From NCBI RefSeq assembly GCF_001194135.2, contig NC_068984.1, forward strand, positions 30,236,355-30,300,354: 64,000 nucleotides of DNA. Direction: 5' to 3'. Below, piece by piece: positions 40,421 to 52,556 of the stretch. The stretch's first letter is position 1, and every line of letters begins with the position of its first letter. This DNA comes from Octopus bimaculoides. Taxonomy: Eukaryota. Both the position numbers and the translations under genes were made by a program. The notes under the pieces are model-generated. The model worked only from the letters and a program-made list of their open reading frames with translations, was not told the origin of the DNA and did not search any database.

Positions 40421-43269
40421 TATAATTATAATTATTATTATAGTAGTAGTAGTAATATGTATTAGAAATAGCCAAGAATGAGTTAGAATATTCCAGGCTA
40501 CCAAGAGTTACTTACTCAAGCCTATATAGTGAGTGAATAATGAATGAATAACATTTTTTCATTCCAATTTATCATTCTGTGGTTTATCATTCCATGGTTT
40601 ATCATTCGAATTTATCATACACTTGTTCATGTTAATCAAATCATGTTAGAATCAACGTTGACTTTTGTTTGTCTGATTTTGAAATGTAAATCTTAACAAG
40701 ATACCAGAAATGAATAAATCAATTATGTCTTTTATATGAGCAAAATAATCTTTGTACATAGACAAAAGGAAATGATTATTTTACTGGAAAGTTTTAGAAG
40801 ATAATGAGTTAGTTTTTAAATGAGGCTCTGGAAAATCTGATATCAAGAAGACCTGTTGTATCCTTGTGGGAGTGTAAGCTCAACAGATGAATATCTGAAA
40901 TGTTATTTCAAATGACTTGTATAACAGTGAAGACTAGAATATATAGATTAGATTGCAAGAGGTTATCATTATCCTCAATGTTATAATCCTCCCCATTGTC
41001 ATGGTCATTGTCAATGTCCACGTACTCATAACCATCACTGTCACCATCATATTCATTGTCCTCATCATTGTAGTGGTCACTTTTCCATGCCTGCATGGGT
41101 TAAATGGAGTTTGTTGTGGGTTAAATGGGTGAAATGGAATTCACAGGTGGATGCTCTTCTTGTCACCAACATGCATCTGATTTCAAGCAAGGATATATTT
41201 CCCTATGGCCAGATATGTTTTTCATAGAAGACTGGACATGAACAACATTGCTTGTATGACAGCCAGACTCATTTATGATCATCACATGATGCCAAGACAA
41301 CAGTATGCATACATACACAAATGCATAATAAATCCATGCTCAAGGCTTCAGTCAGCTGAAGGCTTTAGTTGAAGACAATTGCAGTTGGACTAAACCTAAA
41401 CCTATATAGTTCTTAAACAAGCTTCTTAACTACACAGCCACAGAGGTGATGAAAATAAAGCAAAGAAAAGATTTTTTTTTCTTATCATTTTGACAAAGAA
41501 CTATGTTCTTTTAAGATATTTTTGAAGTGGATTTTGGTGAGGAACATGAATATTGCTTTTGGAAACTTTTAAGACATAGAGAAGGCTTCAATTGTTTTTC
41601 TTTAATTTTTGGCTGATTGCTGGAAAGAATGCCTTGTATGATTTATTCTTTGTTTGAGCAGAGTTCAAATCTCACCAGGGTCAGTTTTGCATTTCATCTA
41701 TTTGGGGCTAATGAATAAAGAATCTTACAGTTAAATTGCTACTTCATTTTCTATCAATTCTATTGCTTCGATAATGAATTTACTCCATTTAGTTGTGTTT
41801 TAATTTTCTATATTTTCTATAGAAATCAAGGGAATATTTGTATAGCAGAGAGTGATGTGGTTTAGTTCTGCAGGTTATGAGTTGATAGCTAAACTTCATA
41901 ACATTAACAGACTGAGTAAAATGGTTAAGGAAAACAGCAGAATAAAATAAACATCGACTGATTTTTACATTAAGAGCAATGCTCATTAAGTGAGAATTAA
42001 TCTTAAATGTTGCTGCAAGCTAGTTGTATTTAATAAAAGGAGAGAACAATAAAGAAATATTCGATGATGATCAGTATAAATTAGGCTCTGCAGATGGCAA
42101 GATAACATACAGAGGCATCCAGTGAGAAGATATTCTATAAAACTGCTCAGCTGGCTGTTAACAGCATGAACGATACATAGCTGAATGGACTTTTACCCAA
42201 TATTATAAAGACAATGATTTGGAGATAAGAAATAAAATATTATTAGTAATACTGTGAAAATTCCTTAAGAAGCAAATACTAATTACAACTAAATGAGTAT
42301 CAATAATTTAAAGCTGAAAATTATTAATTTACATTGGAATAAAAATAAACAGAAACAAAACCATTGCCTTGGAGCAAACCAAATCAGCATAATTTAGTAA
42401 TCTAGTGAAGTGTAGGAATACAGTATGTTAACAAAAAAAAAAAACCAAGCTTATCAAATGGACAGAACAAAAGCTCCAACAATCAACAAGAAGTTAGAGT
42501 TGCAATCAGAAACAGTTACTGTAAGAGACTACCTTCATATTTTTATATTATGCATTCATATCAGAATTATATACAATGCAAGTGAGTTTATTTTTGTTTG
42601 TTTTAGTTTTCAAGAGAAATGTTGTATTGAGATAGTGAAACAGAAAGCAAGTTACCATGGGAACTGATATTAATTGCAATGTGCATTTAAATTTTTATTA
42701 TTCATGTAGTTTTTGTGCTTATTTATTGTTTTGTTTTAGGTGAATTTTAAAAATAAATTTATATTTTTATAATTTGATTTGCTTTTTGTCTCATTTATGG
42801 TTCTGTTAAATTTCCATTTCTATACTCTACATTTAATACAGTTTCCTCCTTCAACAATAAATTGCCAGAACATGTTTAAAATTGGGCTGAAAAATCAATA
42901 AGTCCCTCTTATATTTTCTTTTTACTTATTTCTGTGTTTTCTTATTTATGGTGATATTCTACATAATTATATAACTATGTAATTTGGAGATCAGCACGCT
43001 ACTTGTAGTTTTCTCCGCTTGCAGTTTAGCTAATGAGTGCAGCCTGTTAGATAATTTCATCTACTAACCTTCCAAAGCCACTTAATTGCACAGTTTGTAG
43101 AAAATGATTATATGTTCTGGCAATCAATGGCTAAAATTCATATTTGTCATATGTCCTTCAACAGAATTTAATAATGCAGGGTTGCTGAAGGAGCTTTTGT
43201 CATATAGTATATTTTAGATTAACAATTATATATATTCTAGTGGCTCAGTATCATATTTTTATATTAAAA

Positions 43270-43920
43270 TCAGAAATATACCTAAGAAATATGGACAAAA
43301 CATTAGGTTTCTAATCAATAGGATTTTAAACAAGGAAACTGAGCTAAGGGAACTAACTAAAATATGCCAATGGCATGGTTTGAAATAAACTAAAAATGGA
43401 TGGATGTACTGAATGACATGTGCAAAAAAATTCTTAATGAATTGAAATATTCTCCTTCGTTGGAAAAGGCTCACAAAATTCTAGTAGCGTTCATTAGTGA
43501 CACAAAAGAAAGGGGGAGATAATTTCAATAAGGCTGCAGTATTAACATCCTACAGGCATTTTGAACAATGAATGTTTAAGTAATGTAACCACGATGATAT
43601 TGTAAGAATTACTTTTGATGTTTGGATTATTTGATAAATAAGAATGTTTAAGACATGGGGAGCAAACCAGAATTTTTATAGCAATTTACATGGACTTTAT
43701 CAGCTTCATGTATCCCGGGTTTAAGAAGAATTAAAGTTTTGGTGAAAGCCTTTTCTCTAGGAGTAAGATCCCTACTTAAAACCTGGAATATTATATATAT
43801 AGAGCAATCTAACATCTTAGATATAAAGACGTTATTGCTTGCTTCCTATTTTCCATCTGCTATAGATTCTGACTGCCAGAGAAGTGCAATAAATAAGGAT
43901 CTGGAATCAATCACTTTCAA
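43270..43920 (+). mobile_element. Possible very old CR1-group RT remnant
   Basis: ECLRHGEQTRIFIAIYMDF followed (frameshift) by RIKVLVKAFSLGVRSLLKTW, loosely like ..AIYLDF..AFD..LL.KL...GI.G.LL.W. Confidence 0.3.
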
Positions 43921-44814
43921 ATAAAATATGTTTGATTTGATCTGTTTGTAACAATTGAAATTATTTATGGAAAGATGTACTACCAAAACTGTCAATAAAA
44001 CAAAATGCATGACAAATATTTGTTTGGTGAGCACAGCCATGCACACACACACACACCCAATGGTTGCAACTCAGTATCAAGCAATGTCATCTCTTAAATT
44101 TAATTGTTCTCTTAAAGCAGCATGGATGTGGCTTTTCAATTTTTCAATACTGCTTCAGACCTGCACACTTTTGCACAGATGTGGCCATGATGGGCACCTC
44201 TGGAAACAAGTGTTCATAGAATTACCACCTATGTTGACACATTCCTTAATTCTATCATGAAATTTTCCATTTAGCATTTTGCCTTTTTTAGTTACTGTCA
44301 GTCATATTATACAACACATAGAAATGTTAGAAAAATTCATCCTATGCCAGAGGATTTTGTTTAAGTAATGGAAGACCTTGTAGTGAGCCAACCCCTCATC
44401 TAAACAACGTGTTCATTTTCTGAAAAGAACAAGATTGTGTCACTGAAAGCTAAAAAAGCCACTGGTATTATTTCAGAGTTTTCCTTGTCCTATAGAGGTA
44501 TCCAAAGAAAGATTAAGTGATGCCTAGCTATTGGATGGCTGTTGAGCCTACTGAGATTTTATTTCTTGTTCTGTAGGGTATACATACAATTCAACATGTG
44601 CAGCTGTTTCTTCAGACACATTGTTTTTTTTTTCTCTCTCCATCTGTTTCCTCTTCTCATTCCTTTCTGTAGAAAAGTCTACGCTCGAAATGTTAAAGAG
44701 TTCTATTTCTCCTGAATGCCAAACTTATACATCCTCTTCCTTGTTCCTTCACTTGTCTCTGACTTTTGTGTTTCACTTTTTGTACCATTTTGAATCATAT
44801 ATGGGTCTGTGTAT

Positions 44815-45420
44815 GATGATGATGACGGCTTTCCCCTCATGACCAAGGAAGACTATCACTGGTCATTGCCTATGCAAAATTCCAGCAATGTCCATCCAAG
44901 GGGTTCACATTCACAGCTTCCATACTCACCATGGCACCCTTCTGCTCAACAAGGAATCTGATAGGCACCTCACTGACAATTGCACAACCTAAAATTTTGG
45001 GTGTAATAAGGCTTTCACAGAAGCTCACAAGCCCTCTCCACCCATACTGACATGACCCAGAGACAGGCCAGGGCAAGATATCCAGTTTTAAAATGGATCA
45101 CAGGCTCAGAGGTGTGGGAGTGCCATAATCTCAAGCACAAGTAAAACATCTTCAAAATGTTCAATGCCTTTCCCGACATATTTCATTTTATATGACAGAG
45201 TGATTATCTGCTAGAGACATGCTTTAGCAAATGGTAAGGCGTACTTCACTCCCAGTGGTTCTCCAGCATGCTGGACACCAACTCAAAATTTCTGAGAACT
45301 TGTGCTATTGACAGATAGTTCTTGAACCAACACTAGGTTCATCTGTCCTCTTGACAGATTTTGTTTTAAGTCCTGCTGGGTTTCTAGTAACCACCCCATC
45401 ATCATGATGACCTAAACAGG
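44815..45420 (-). mobile_element. Decayed RTE-like LINE 3' end
   Basis: Minus strand ends ...GTCTTCCTTGGTCATGAGGGGAAAGCCGT(CAT)n. Upstream peptides are only loosely RTE-like. Confidence 0.35.
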
Positions 45421-45800
45421 CAACAGGTTCTATTGGATTTCATTTTACCAGTAGCTCTCATGGGAGGCCTCACAATTGACCTTGCACATGCGCGCGCACA
45501 CGCACACATAGGTGGCCTAGTGGTTTGGATGTTGCACTCACTATTATTAGATTATGGGTTTGACTCCCAGACTGAGCAGTGCATTGTGATCTTGAGCAAA
45601 ACACTTCATTTCATGTTATTTTGCAATCCTTTGACATCTGACATGGGGCATACTTGTGCACATATATATATCGATTTGTTGTGGCGGGAGTGAACTAATG
45701 TACAACACATACATTTGATCACTATAAGCAAATCATTTGTGCAGGTTGTTCAGCAAAATGGCTGAACACTCATACATTGTACCTTTGACAGTAGAGCTTA

Positions 45801-45831
<31 letters not shown>

Positions 45832-46213
45832 ATTTACTTTATATTTTTCTGATTATTTAAAATTTTTTTGTGTATTTTATTTATTTTTACATTTTGTTTT
45901 ATTTTTCTGCATTTATCCACTGATTCTGTGTCTGAATTTGTATCGGTATATGGGCACTGCTCCATCAAAGTAAATCATTAATGCCAACAGGCTGAGTACA
46001 TCAATAGTCCATAAATATATATAGGGCCAGCTTGCACTCCGTAGTAGAATTCTTAATGATCATGATTCATTCTAATGACTAATTTGTTAGTTCTTTTCTC
46101 AGCGCCCTTGTACATATGGGTATTCATATGCATATATAATTATATATATGAAATTATATATATATTTCTGCTGCTTTTAAATAAAGTATATATGTAAATT
46201 ATATATATGAAAT

Positions 46214-46244
<31 letters not shown>

Positions 46245-46692
46245 GCGTTATGTTTTACTTGTTTCTGTAATTAGACTGCAGCCATGTTGGGGCTGCCACC
46301 TTTATTTATAAAATTATATATAGTATACACATCAGAGAATTAATCTTATTCTGATAATGGGAGCTGCCCCTGGATTTCATATACCACAGATATGCTTTTC
46401 CATTAGCAATGGAATTACAAGTCCACTATATTGTATAGTGGTAAGCTAGTGAGAGTCACAAGATAATCATTTATTCCTTTGTCATCTTTTTCTTTTTTGC
46501 ATATATATATATATATAGAAATACAGACAGTCTGATAGATAGATAGATTGACAGACGTATACATAGATATTTCTATGTATACATTATATGCATATTAATG
46601 TTGATGTAATATCTGTTATGTGATTAACAAGATAATGAAGGATCTGTAAATGAGCAAAATAATGATCTACTCTCTCACCTCACCTCACTTCT

Positions 46693-46725
<33 letters not shown>

Positions 46726-46956
46726 TTTAAGTTTGTTCATGGGTAACTGTTTTGAATGCACTTGTGAAAAGCTCCTAAAGGCGCAAGAATAGCTGTGTGT
46801 TAAGTAGCTTGCTTATCAACCACAAGGTTTCGGGTTCAGTCCCACTGTGTGGTACCTTGGGCAAGTGTCCTCTACTATATCCTTGGGCCAACCAAAGCCT
46901 TGTGAGTGGATTTGGTAGACAGAAACTGAAAGAAGCCCATCATATAAATATGTATA

Positions 46957-47576
46957 TGTTGGTTGTTTTTCCTCGCATTAGGTACTAAATGTGGTTATTT
47001 TGAGAAGTCCACTGTGTGGCGTTATTATTTTTCTGTAATAATGCCCTTTATATAAATATAAACGAATAATTATATTCGTGGGAATAGAAATTTCCCTTAT
47101 GAATGTTTTTACACACTGGCTTCTTGATAAAATTCTTGTAAAAGAGTTTTATCCCTTTTTGAATTTATTTATCAAATATATACACGGAATATATTCAATG
47201 TTGTATTTTTATTCCTGTCTCCACATGGGTACCCAAAAGCAACCCGGAAGTATTCCCGCTTCTTTGATGAAGATATATACAGATAAACTTCATTCCCTTT
47301 ACTCTGTCGGATACGTAGTGTGTTCGTTTTTGGTGAGGTGAGAATTCTGTTTATTTATATATATTTTGGGGACAATACTGTGCTGATGAACGAAATCTAG
47401 ATTCATTCTAGTAATCGCGAAATCGGTCGATACACAGTTAAGTTTATTTAAAAGAAAGTTGGTCGTCTTCTGTTGGTTGTTTTTCCTCGCATTAGGTACT
47501 AAATGTGATTGTTTTGAGAAGTCCACTGTGTGGCGTTATTATTTTTCTGTAATAATAATGCCCTTTATATAAATAT
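46957..47576 (+). mobile_element. Penelope-like pseudo-LTR unit with terminal redundancy (R-U-R, 514-bp period)
   Basis: Direct repeats 46957-47059 and 47471-47576 (TGTTGGTTGTTTTTCCTCGCATTAGG...CCCTTTATATAAATAT). Contains a hammerhead and CCGGAAGT (47244-47251). Confidence 0.75.
47377..47438 (+). ncRNA. Type I hammerhead ribozyme motif
   Basis: Stem I ACTGTG/CACAGT; core CTGATGA; stem II with CTAGA/TCTAG hairpin; GAAA; stem III TCG-GT-CGA; cleavage triplet ATA (after 47432). The 10.1-11.1 pair is A-C rather than G-C. Confidence 0.7.
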
Positions 47577-48085
47577 GTATATATATATATATATGTGTGC
47601 GTGTGTGCATGTGTGTTTGTGTGTCTGTGTTTGTCCCCCCCACCAAACATCACTTGACAACCGATGTTGGTGTGTTTACCTCCCCGCAACTTAGCAGTTC
47701 CGCAAAAGGGACCGATAGAATAAGTACTAGATTTACAAAGAATAAGCCCTGAGGTCGATTTGCTTGACTAAAAGCAGTGCTTCGGCATGGGCACAGTCAA
47801 ATGACTGAAACAAGTAAAAGAGTAAAGAGTAAGAGTATGCTATTTATTCTGGTTACTGTTTATAATTTCCATCTTCCAGAGTAATTTTATGCAATGGCTA
47901 TTAGTCTGGTACTGCTATAGCATAGGATGAATATAATAATAAGAACTTTCGGATGGAAATTCATAAATCCTGTAATGTCTTGTGTACATGTTTGGATACC
48001 TTTCCTAATACCAACCACTTTACAGAGTATACAGGATGCTTTTTATGTTTCACTGACACAGGCACTTTTACACAATGAAAATAGT

Positions 48086-48088
48086 AAC

Positions 48089-48133
<45 letters not shown>
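48086..48133. repeat. (AAT)n microsatellite
   Basis: Pure AAT run. Confidence 0.95.
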
Positions 48134-48134
<1 letters not shown>

Positions 48135-48345
48135 TAGAAAGGATTGAGGTAACTCCTCCTGAAGATATAGAGTTAAAGTTAAAAGAAGAGTGCCATTGTT
48201 ATCTAGTGAACGATATTTCGACATCTTGTGTGTTTTGAACGGGTTCAAAAAGTAAATTTGTCAATCTACTCCATTTGGTTTAATATAGAAAGGATTGAGG
48301 TAACTCCTCCTGAAGATATAGAGTCAGAGTTAAAAGAAGAGTGCC
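48130..48345. repeat. 65-bp direct repeats, 151-bp period
   Basis: TAATATAGAAAGGATTGAGGTAACTCCTCCTGAAGATATAGAGT...AAAAGAAGAGTGCC at 48130-48194 and 48281-48345, 2 mismatches. Confidence 0.9.
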
Positions 48346-48347
48346 CT

Positions 48348-49519
48348 GGCACTCTTATTTGACAAATTAGACAAAACCAGACATACAAATACTTAGGAAT
48401 CAATGAACTAAGTACGATACAACACACACAAATGAAAGAGAAAATTAAAAAAAGAATACTATAGATGAGTTAGATTAATACTGAAAACAGAGCTCAATGC
48501 GAAAAACAAGATAATATGTATCAACACTCTAGCCATCCCAGTTATAAGTTACAGCTACAATATCCTTAACTAGACACTAAATGAACTAATCAAAATAGAC
48601 AGGAAAACCAGAAAAATAATGGCAGGATTTAGGATGCACTAACAAAGATCTGACACAGAAAGGTTATATATACAATGTATAAAAGGTGGTAGAGGCCTTA
48701 TACAGCTAGAAAACTATTACAAAATAACCACTATAAGACTACAAAAATACCTACTTCAGAAGTAAGGAAAGCTAATACAAATAGCCACAAAACACAAACA
48801 AAAAAAAACTGTTTTCAGTCTTTAGGGAAGCTGACAAATACAAAAAAGAAGTCATAGTACCTAACAACTATGAAGAAAAAGAAGAAACAACAAAAGCTGT
48901 AAAACAACTGAAATCCAAACTAAAACTGGTACAGCAATGGATTATGGTAAAACGATGGCAAGAAAAGCCCCTTCGTGGAAAATACTGAGCTAAACTAAAT
49001 GCAAAAGAAATAGACAAAGCAAAATCTGCAAAATGGTGAAGAAGCTCAAGATTCAAAGTAGAGACTGAAGGAATCTTAATTGCCTTACAAGACCAAAGCC
49101 TCTCCACCAGAAATTGCCAAAAACATATAATGAAAGGAACGTGACAAGTAACTGCAGAATATGTGGAGATGGACAAGAAACAATAAACCATATTGTCTCT
49201 GACTGCCAAGTCCTGGCTAAGAAAGAATATATTCACAGACACGACAGAGTTGGGATCTGTATACACCGGAAGCTATGCTAAAACTATGGAATAAAAGCAG
49301 AAAAAAGATGGTATAGGTACATGCCATAAAATGAGAAAGCAATCATACTATGGTATATGCCAATACACACAGTTAGAGGAATTAAGGCCAATAGGCCGGA
49401 TATAGTTGTCAGAGATCATCAAGAAAAAAATACTTTCTAATTAATGTATCAATACCAGCAGATGACAACGTTTCCATAAAAGAAATGGAGAAACTTTCAA
49501 AATACAAAGACCTGGAAAT
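48348..49519 (+). mobile_element. R4/Dong-clade non-LTR retrotransposon (RT C-terminus, CCHC knuckle, REL endonuclease), truncated at both ends
   Basis: TYKYLGINE, KIDRKTRKIM, ERLYIQCIKGGRGLIQLE, CRICGDGQETINHIVSDCQVLAKKEYIHRHDRVG, IKANRPDIVVRDH, KEMEKLSKYKDLE. Stops and frameshifts are present. Confidence 0.88.
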
Positions 49520-50058
49520 GCGTGTGTGCATGTGTATATGTGTGCGTGTGTGTATGTATGTATACTTGGGTGTGTGTGAGTGCGTGTTGTGTATGTGTAG
49601 GAGTTATATATATATATATGATAACGTTAGGGAATTACAAAATCCGAACTTACAAGGAAATAAAATTTGATAATATCAAATTGAGTTATATATTAAAAAA
49701 TATATTAATAATTTAGAGAAGAACCATTATGGTGCAACTCGCACGATGAAGAAGATCAGACACCATCAAGAAAAGTGTACTATACAAAACTAGTTTAAAA
49801 ATCTAAAAATCTGTCCGTTTAAGCAACATTTAGTACAAAGGAAATTGTCAAGGTTTTATAATAAAACACATCAAATAGCAATAAATATCTGTCAAATTTA
49901 AGGCATAAAACGTCAATTGGGGAGATGACATCTGTAGAAAAGGAAACATATATAACGAAAAGGTGTAGGAATATAAGGAAAAAATAGCCTCATAACTTAA
50001 CGAGGAAATTTGGTTAACCGAGGTACTATCCAAAGCAAAGAAATATATACTATGTGTA

Positions 50059-50127
50059 TCACGTGACAAAATGGCGCCCACCACGTGATCACAAATGTCA
50101 AACTGACGTTTAGAACTTAAACACGTG
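50059..50127. promoter_or_regulatory. E-box / YY1-like motif cluster (mirrored at 50292-50360)
   Basis: TCACGTGAC (50059-50067), CAAAATGGCGCC (50067-50078), CACGTG (50082-50087, 50122-50127). Motif match only; no activity evidence. Confidence 0.4.
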
Positions 50128-50751
50128 AGATTCGAGGCTTCATGGCGTGGAAGGAGATGTTTGTTCCTATCACTTATTTCACTATTTTTTCTTCTACTCT
50201 TTTACATAGCAGCATAATATTGTTTGATTCCAGGTCTACGCACTTACCTTATCTTCATTTCTTCTTAGTTTTTCTTCCCTATTCTCCTTCTCACGTGTTT
50301 TAGTTCTAAACGTCAGTTTGACATTTGTGATCACGTGGTGGGCGCCATTTTGTCACGTGATACACATCCCGAGCGTCATACTAATACATCCTTTTGTTAT
50401 TTACACCACCTGTCCTCGTCTGTTGTTGTTTTTTCGTACATTCTCCCATATATATTTCTTTGCTTTGGATGCTACCTCAGTCAACTAAGTTTCTTCGTTA
50501 AGTTAAGTGATGTGGGGTTTTTCCCTTACTAGCTATTCACCCTTTCGTTATTATGTTTCCTTTTCTACAGATATTATCTCCCCAATTGACGTTTCTTGCC
50601 TTAAATTTAACAGATATTTATTGCTATTTGATGTGTTTTATTATAAAACATTGACGATTTCCTTTGTACTAAATGTTGCTTAAACCGACAGAATTTTATA
50701 TTTTCCTTATTTTATGCATTTTAAATTTAAGATACGTTTTTTGAAGTTTCC

Positions 50752-50857
50752 GGACCTGAAGAGTGTCCTCATATTGGGTGGTATCTATCTTGTTCGATTC
50801 ATTGTAGGTTGACCAGATATTTCCCACTGTTATGTGACCATGAAACGCACGTAGTCT
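50752..50857 (+). ncRNA. Type I hammerhead ribozyme motif with long stem II
   Basis: GGAC-CTGAAGA-GTG...(TATCT/AGATA, imperfect stem)...CAT-GAAA-CG-CA-CG-TA^GTCT. Cleavage triplet GTA at 50851-50853. Confidence 0.6.
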
Positions 50858-52034
50858 TTCTCCCCCCTTCGTCTTTTAAACGTAACCGATTTTAATTCTT
50901 AGTCCAATATTTCATAGATTTTTAAACTAGTTTTGTACAGTACACTTTTCTTGATGTTGTCTGATCTCCTTCTTCGTGCGAGTTGCACGACGGTGGTTCT
51001 TCTCTAAATTATTAATATATATATATGTTTATGTGTGTTTGTGTGTATATTTATATATCCATAAATATGTATGCATGTATATGTGCATGTGCAATATATA
51101 TATATATATATATATATGGTGGTTGTCTACTCCTTATGCAGAGTTTAACCATCTCCTGTACCTACAACTTAGAACCATCATGGTAGCTATAGTAGAACTA
51201 ACTTACTCAAGGTATCACACATTGGGACTGAACTCAGAAGTATGTGATTGGGAAGCAGCTACTTGCTATGTTAAGAACAATAGACTGCTGTACACATAGC
51301 CCACTGCAAGAATTAGAATCTGGTTCATACTAAGTGACAATGCTGCTTAGAGCAGGGGTTGAAGTTGTGTACTTATAGGTATTTGCTATCATCATATCCA
51401 ATTTAAAAATGAAATCAAGTGTTATTATAAACTGGATGCAGACTATGATAAAGAATACAACAAATTTCGTCAAGGTAAAAGTAATAGTTTGGCATCAGTA
51501 AATATAATTACTGCAAGCCAGTATTATTCCATAGAATATAGGAATAGTTTTTGAATAAGATATTTACTAAAAAGGATAAAGCATATTTCAGAAAATTTTA
51601 TCCTTTCCTTTTTGCTCTTTATCTTATTTCTTTTGATATCTTTAGATTTATTCAATTGACTCTGCTTACTACACTTTTAATTCAACCCTATCTTAATCTT
51701 TACAATTATTTTCAGAAAATAGTTAAATTTTTTTCTTTTTTTCTAATCATTTCTTTGTAAACATCTTCAGTTTCAGCTTCTGTCTCTTTTTTTAAAGTTG
51801 CAACTGAATTTTTTTTAAATGCAAAACAATTACAACACACTTCACTCCTGTCTCCTCCTTCTCTTTCAGAATTATCTTTTTCAACATGTTGAAAGTAACA
51901 TTCATTGAATAATATTTTCTTACATATTAAGTTGTATCATATGTTGAATTGAGATATAATACAGGAAAAACAATATACAAAGAGGCTGAGAAAAGAATAA
52001 AAGATAGACAGAGAGAAAGCTAGAGAGACAAACA

Positions 52035-52556
52035 AGTAGGTTGGTAGGTAGGTAGGTAGATAGATACATATAGATAAAATAGATATAGATAGATAGTTGG
52101 ATATATAGATAGATGGATAGTAAGACAGATAAATTGATAGATAGATAAATGATTAGATGCATAAATAGACAGATAGATACACAGATGGATAGAAAGATAG
52201 ATAGATATGTAGATAAGCAAGGTGGTACATAGGTAGGTGTGTACGTAAGTAGGTAATTAGACAGAAAGATAGATAGATGGATAAGTGTATAGATAGATAG
52301 ATTGATAGATAAATATATAAATAGATAGATAGATTGATAGATAAATATATAAATAGATAGATAGATTGATAGATAAATATATAAATAGATAGATAGATTG
52401 ATAGATAAATATATAAATAGATAGATAGATTGATAGATAAATATATAAATCGATAGATAGATAAATAAATATATAAATAGATAGATAGATTGATAGATAA
52501 ATATATAAATCGATAGATAGATAAATAAATATATAAATAGATAGATAGATAGAGAA
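52035..52556. repeat. (GATA)n-derived tetranucleotide array with higher-order units
   Basis: 32-bp unit ATAGATAGATAGATTGATAGATAAATATATAA five times from 52289, then alternating 28- and 32-bp units. Confidence 0.92.

Larger units (their letters stand above)
46782..47836 (+). mobile_element. SINE family A split by a Penelope-like insertion
   Basis: 5' half 46782-46957 and 3' half ~47577-47836 join into one normal copy if 46958-47576 is removed. Confidence 0.8.
49700..51020. mobile_element. 1.3-kb fold-back (head-to-head) Penelope-like terminal-repeat pair
   Basis: Left arm 49700-50130 is the reverse complement of right arm 50289-51020, except two segments found only in the right arm (~50367-50450 and ~50697-50915). 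Spacer 50131-50288. Confidence 0.85.

Noticed and set aside
45210-45244. 35-nt micro-exon candidate (SDYLLETCFSK) with good splice signals
   Set aside because: It lies in what appears to be the antisense strand of a decayed RTE-like element, and has no partner exons.
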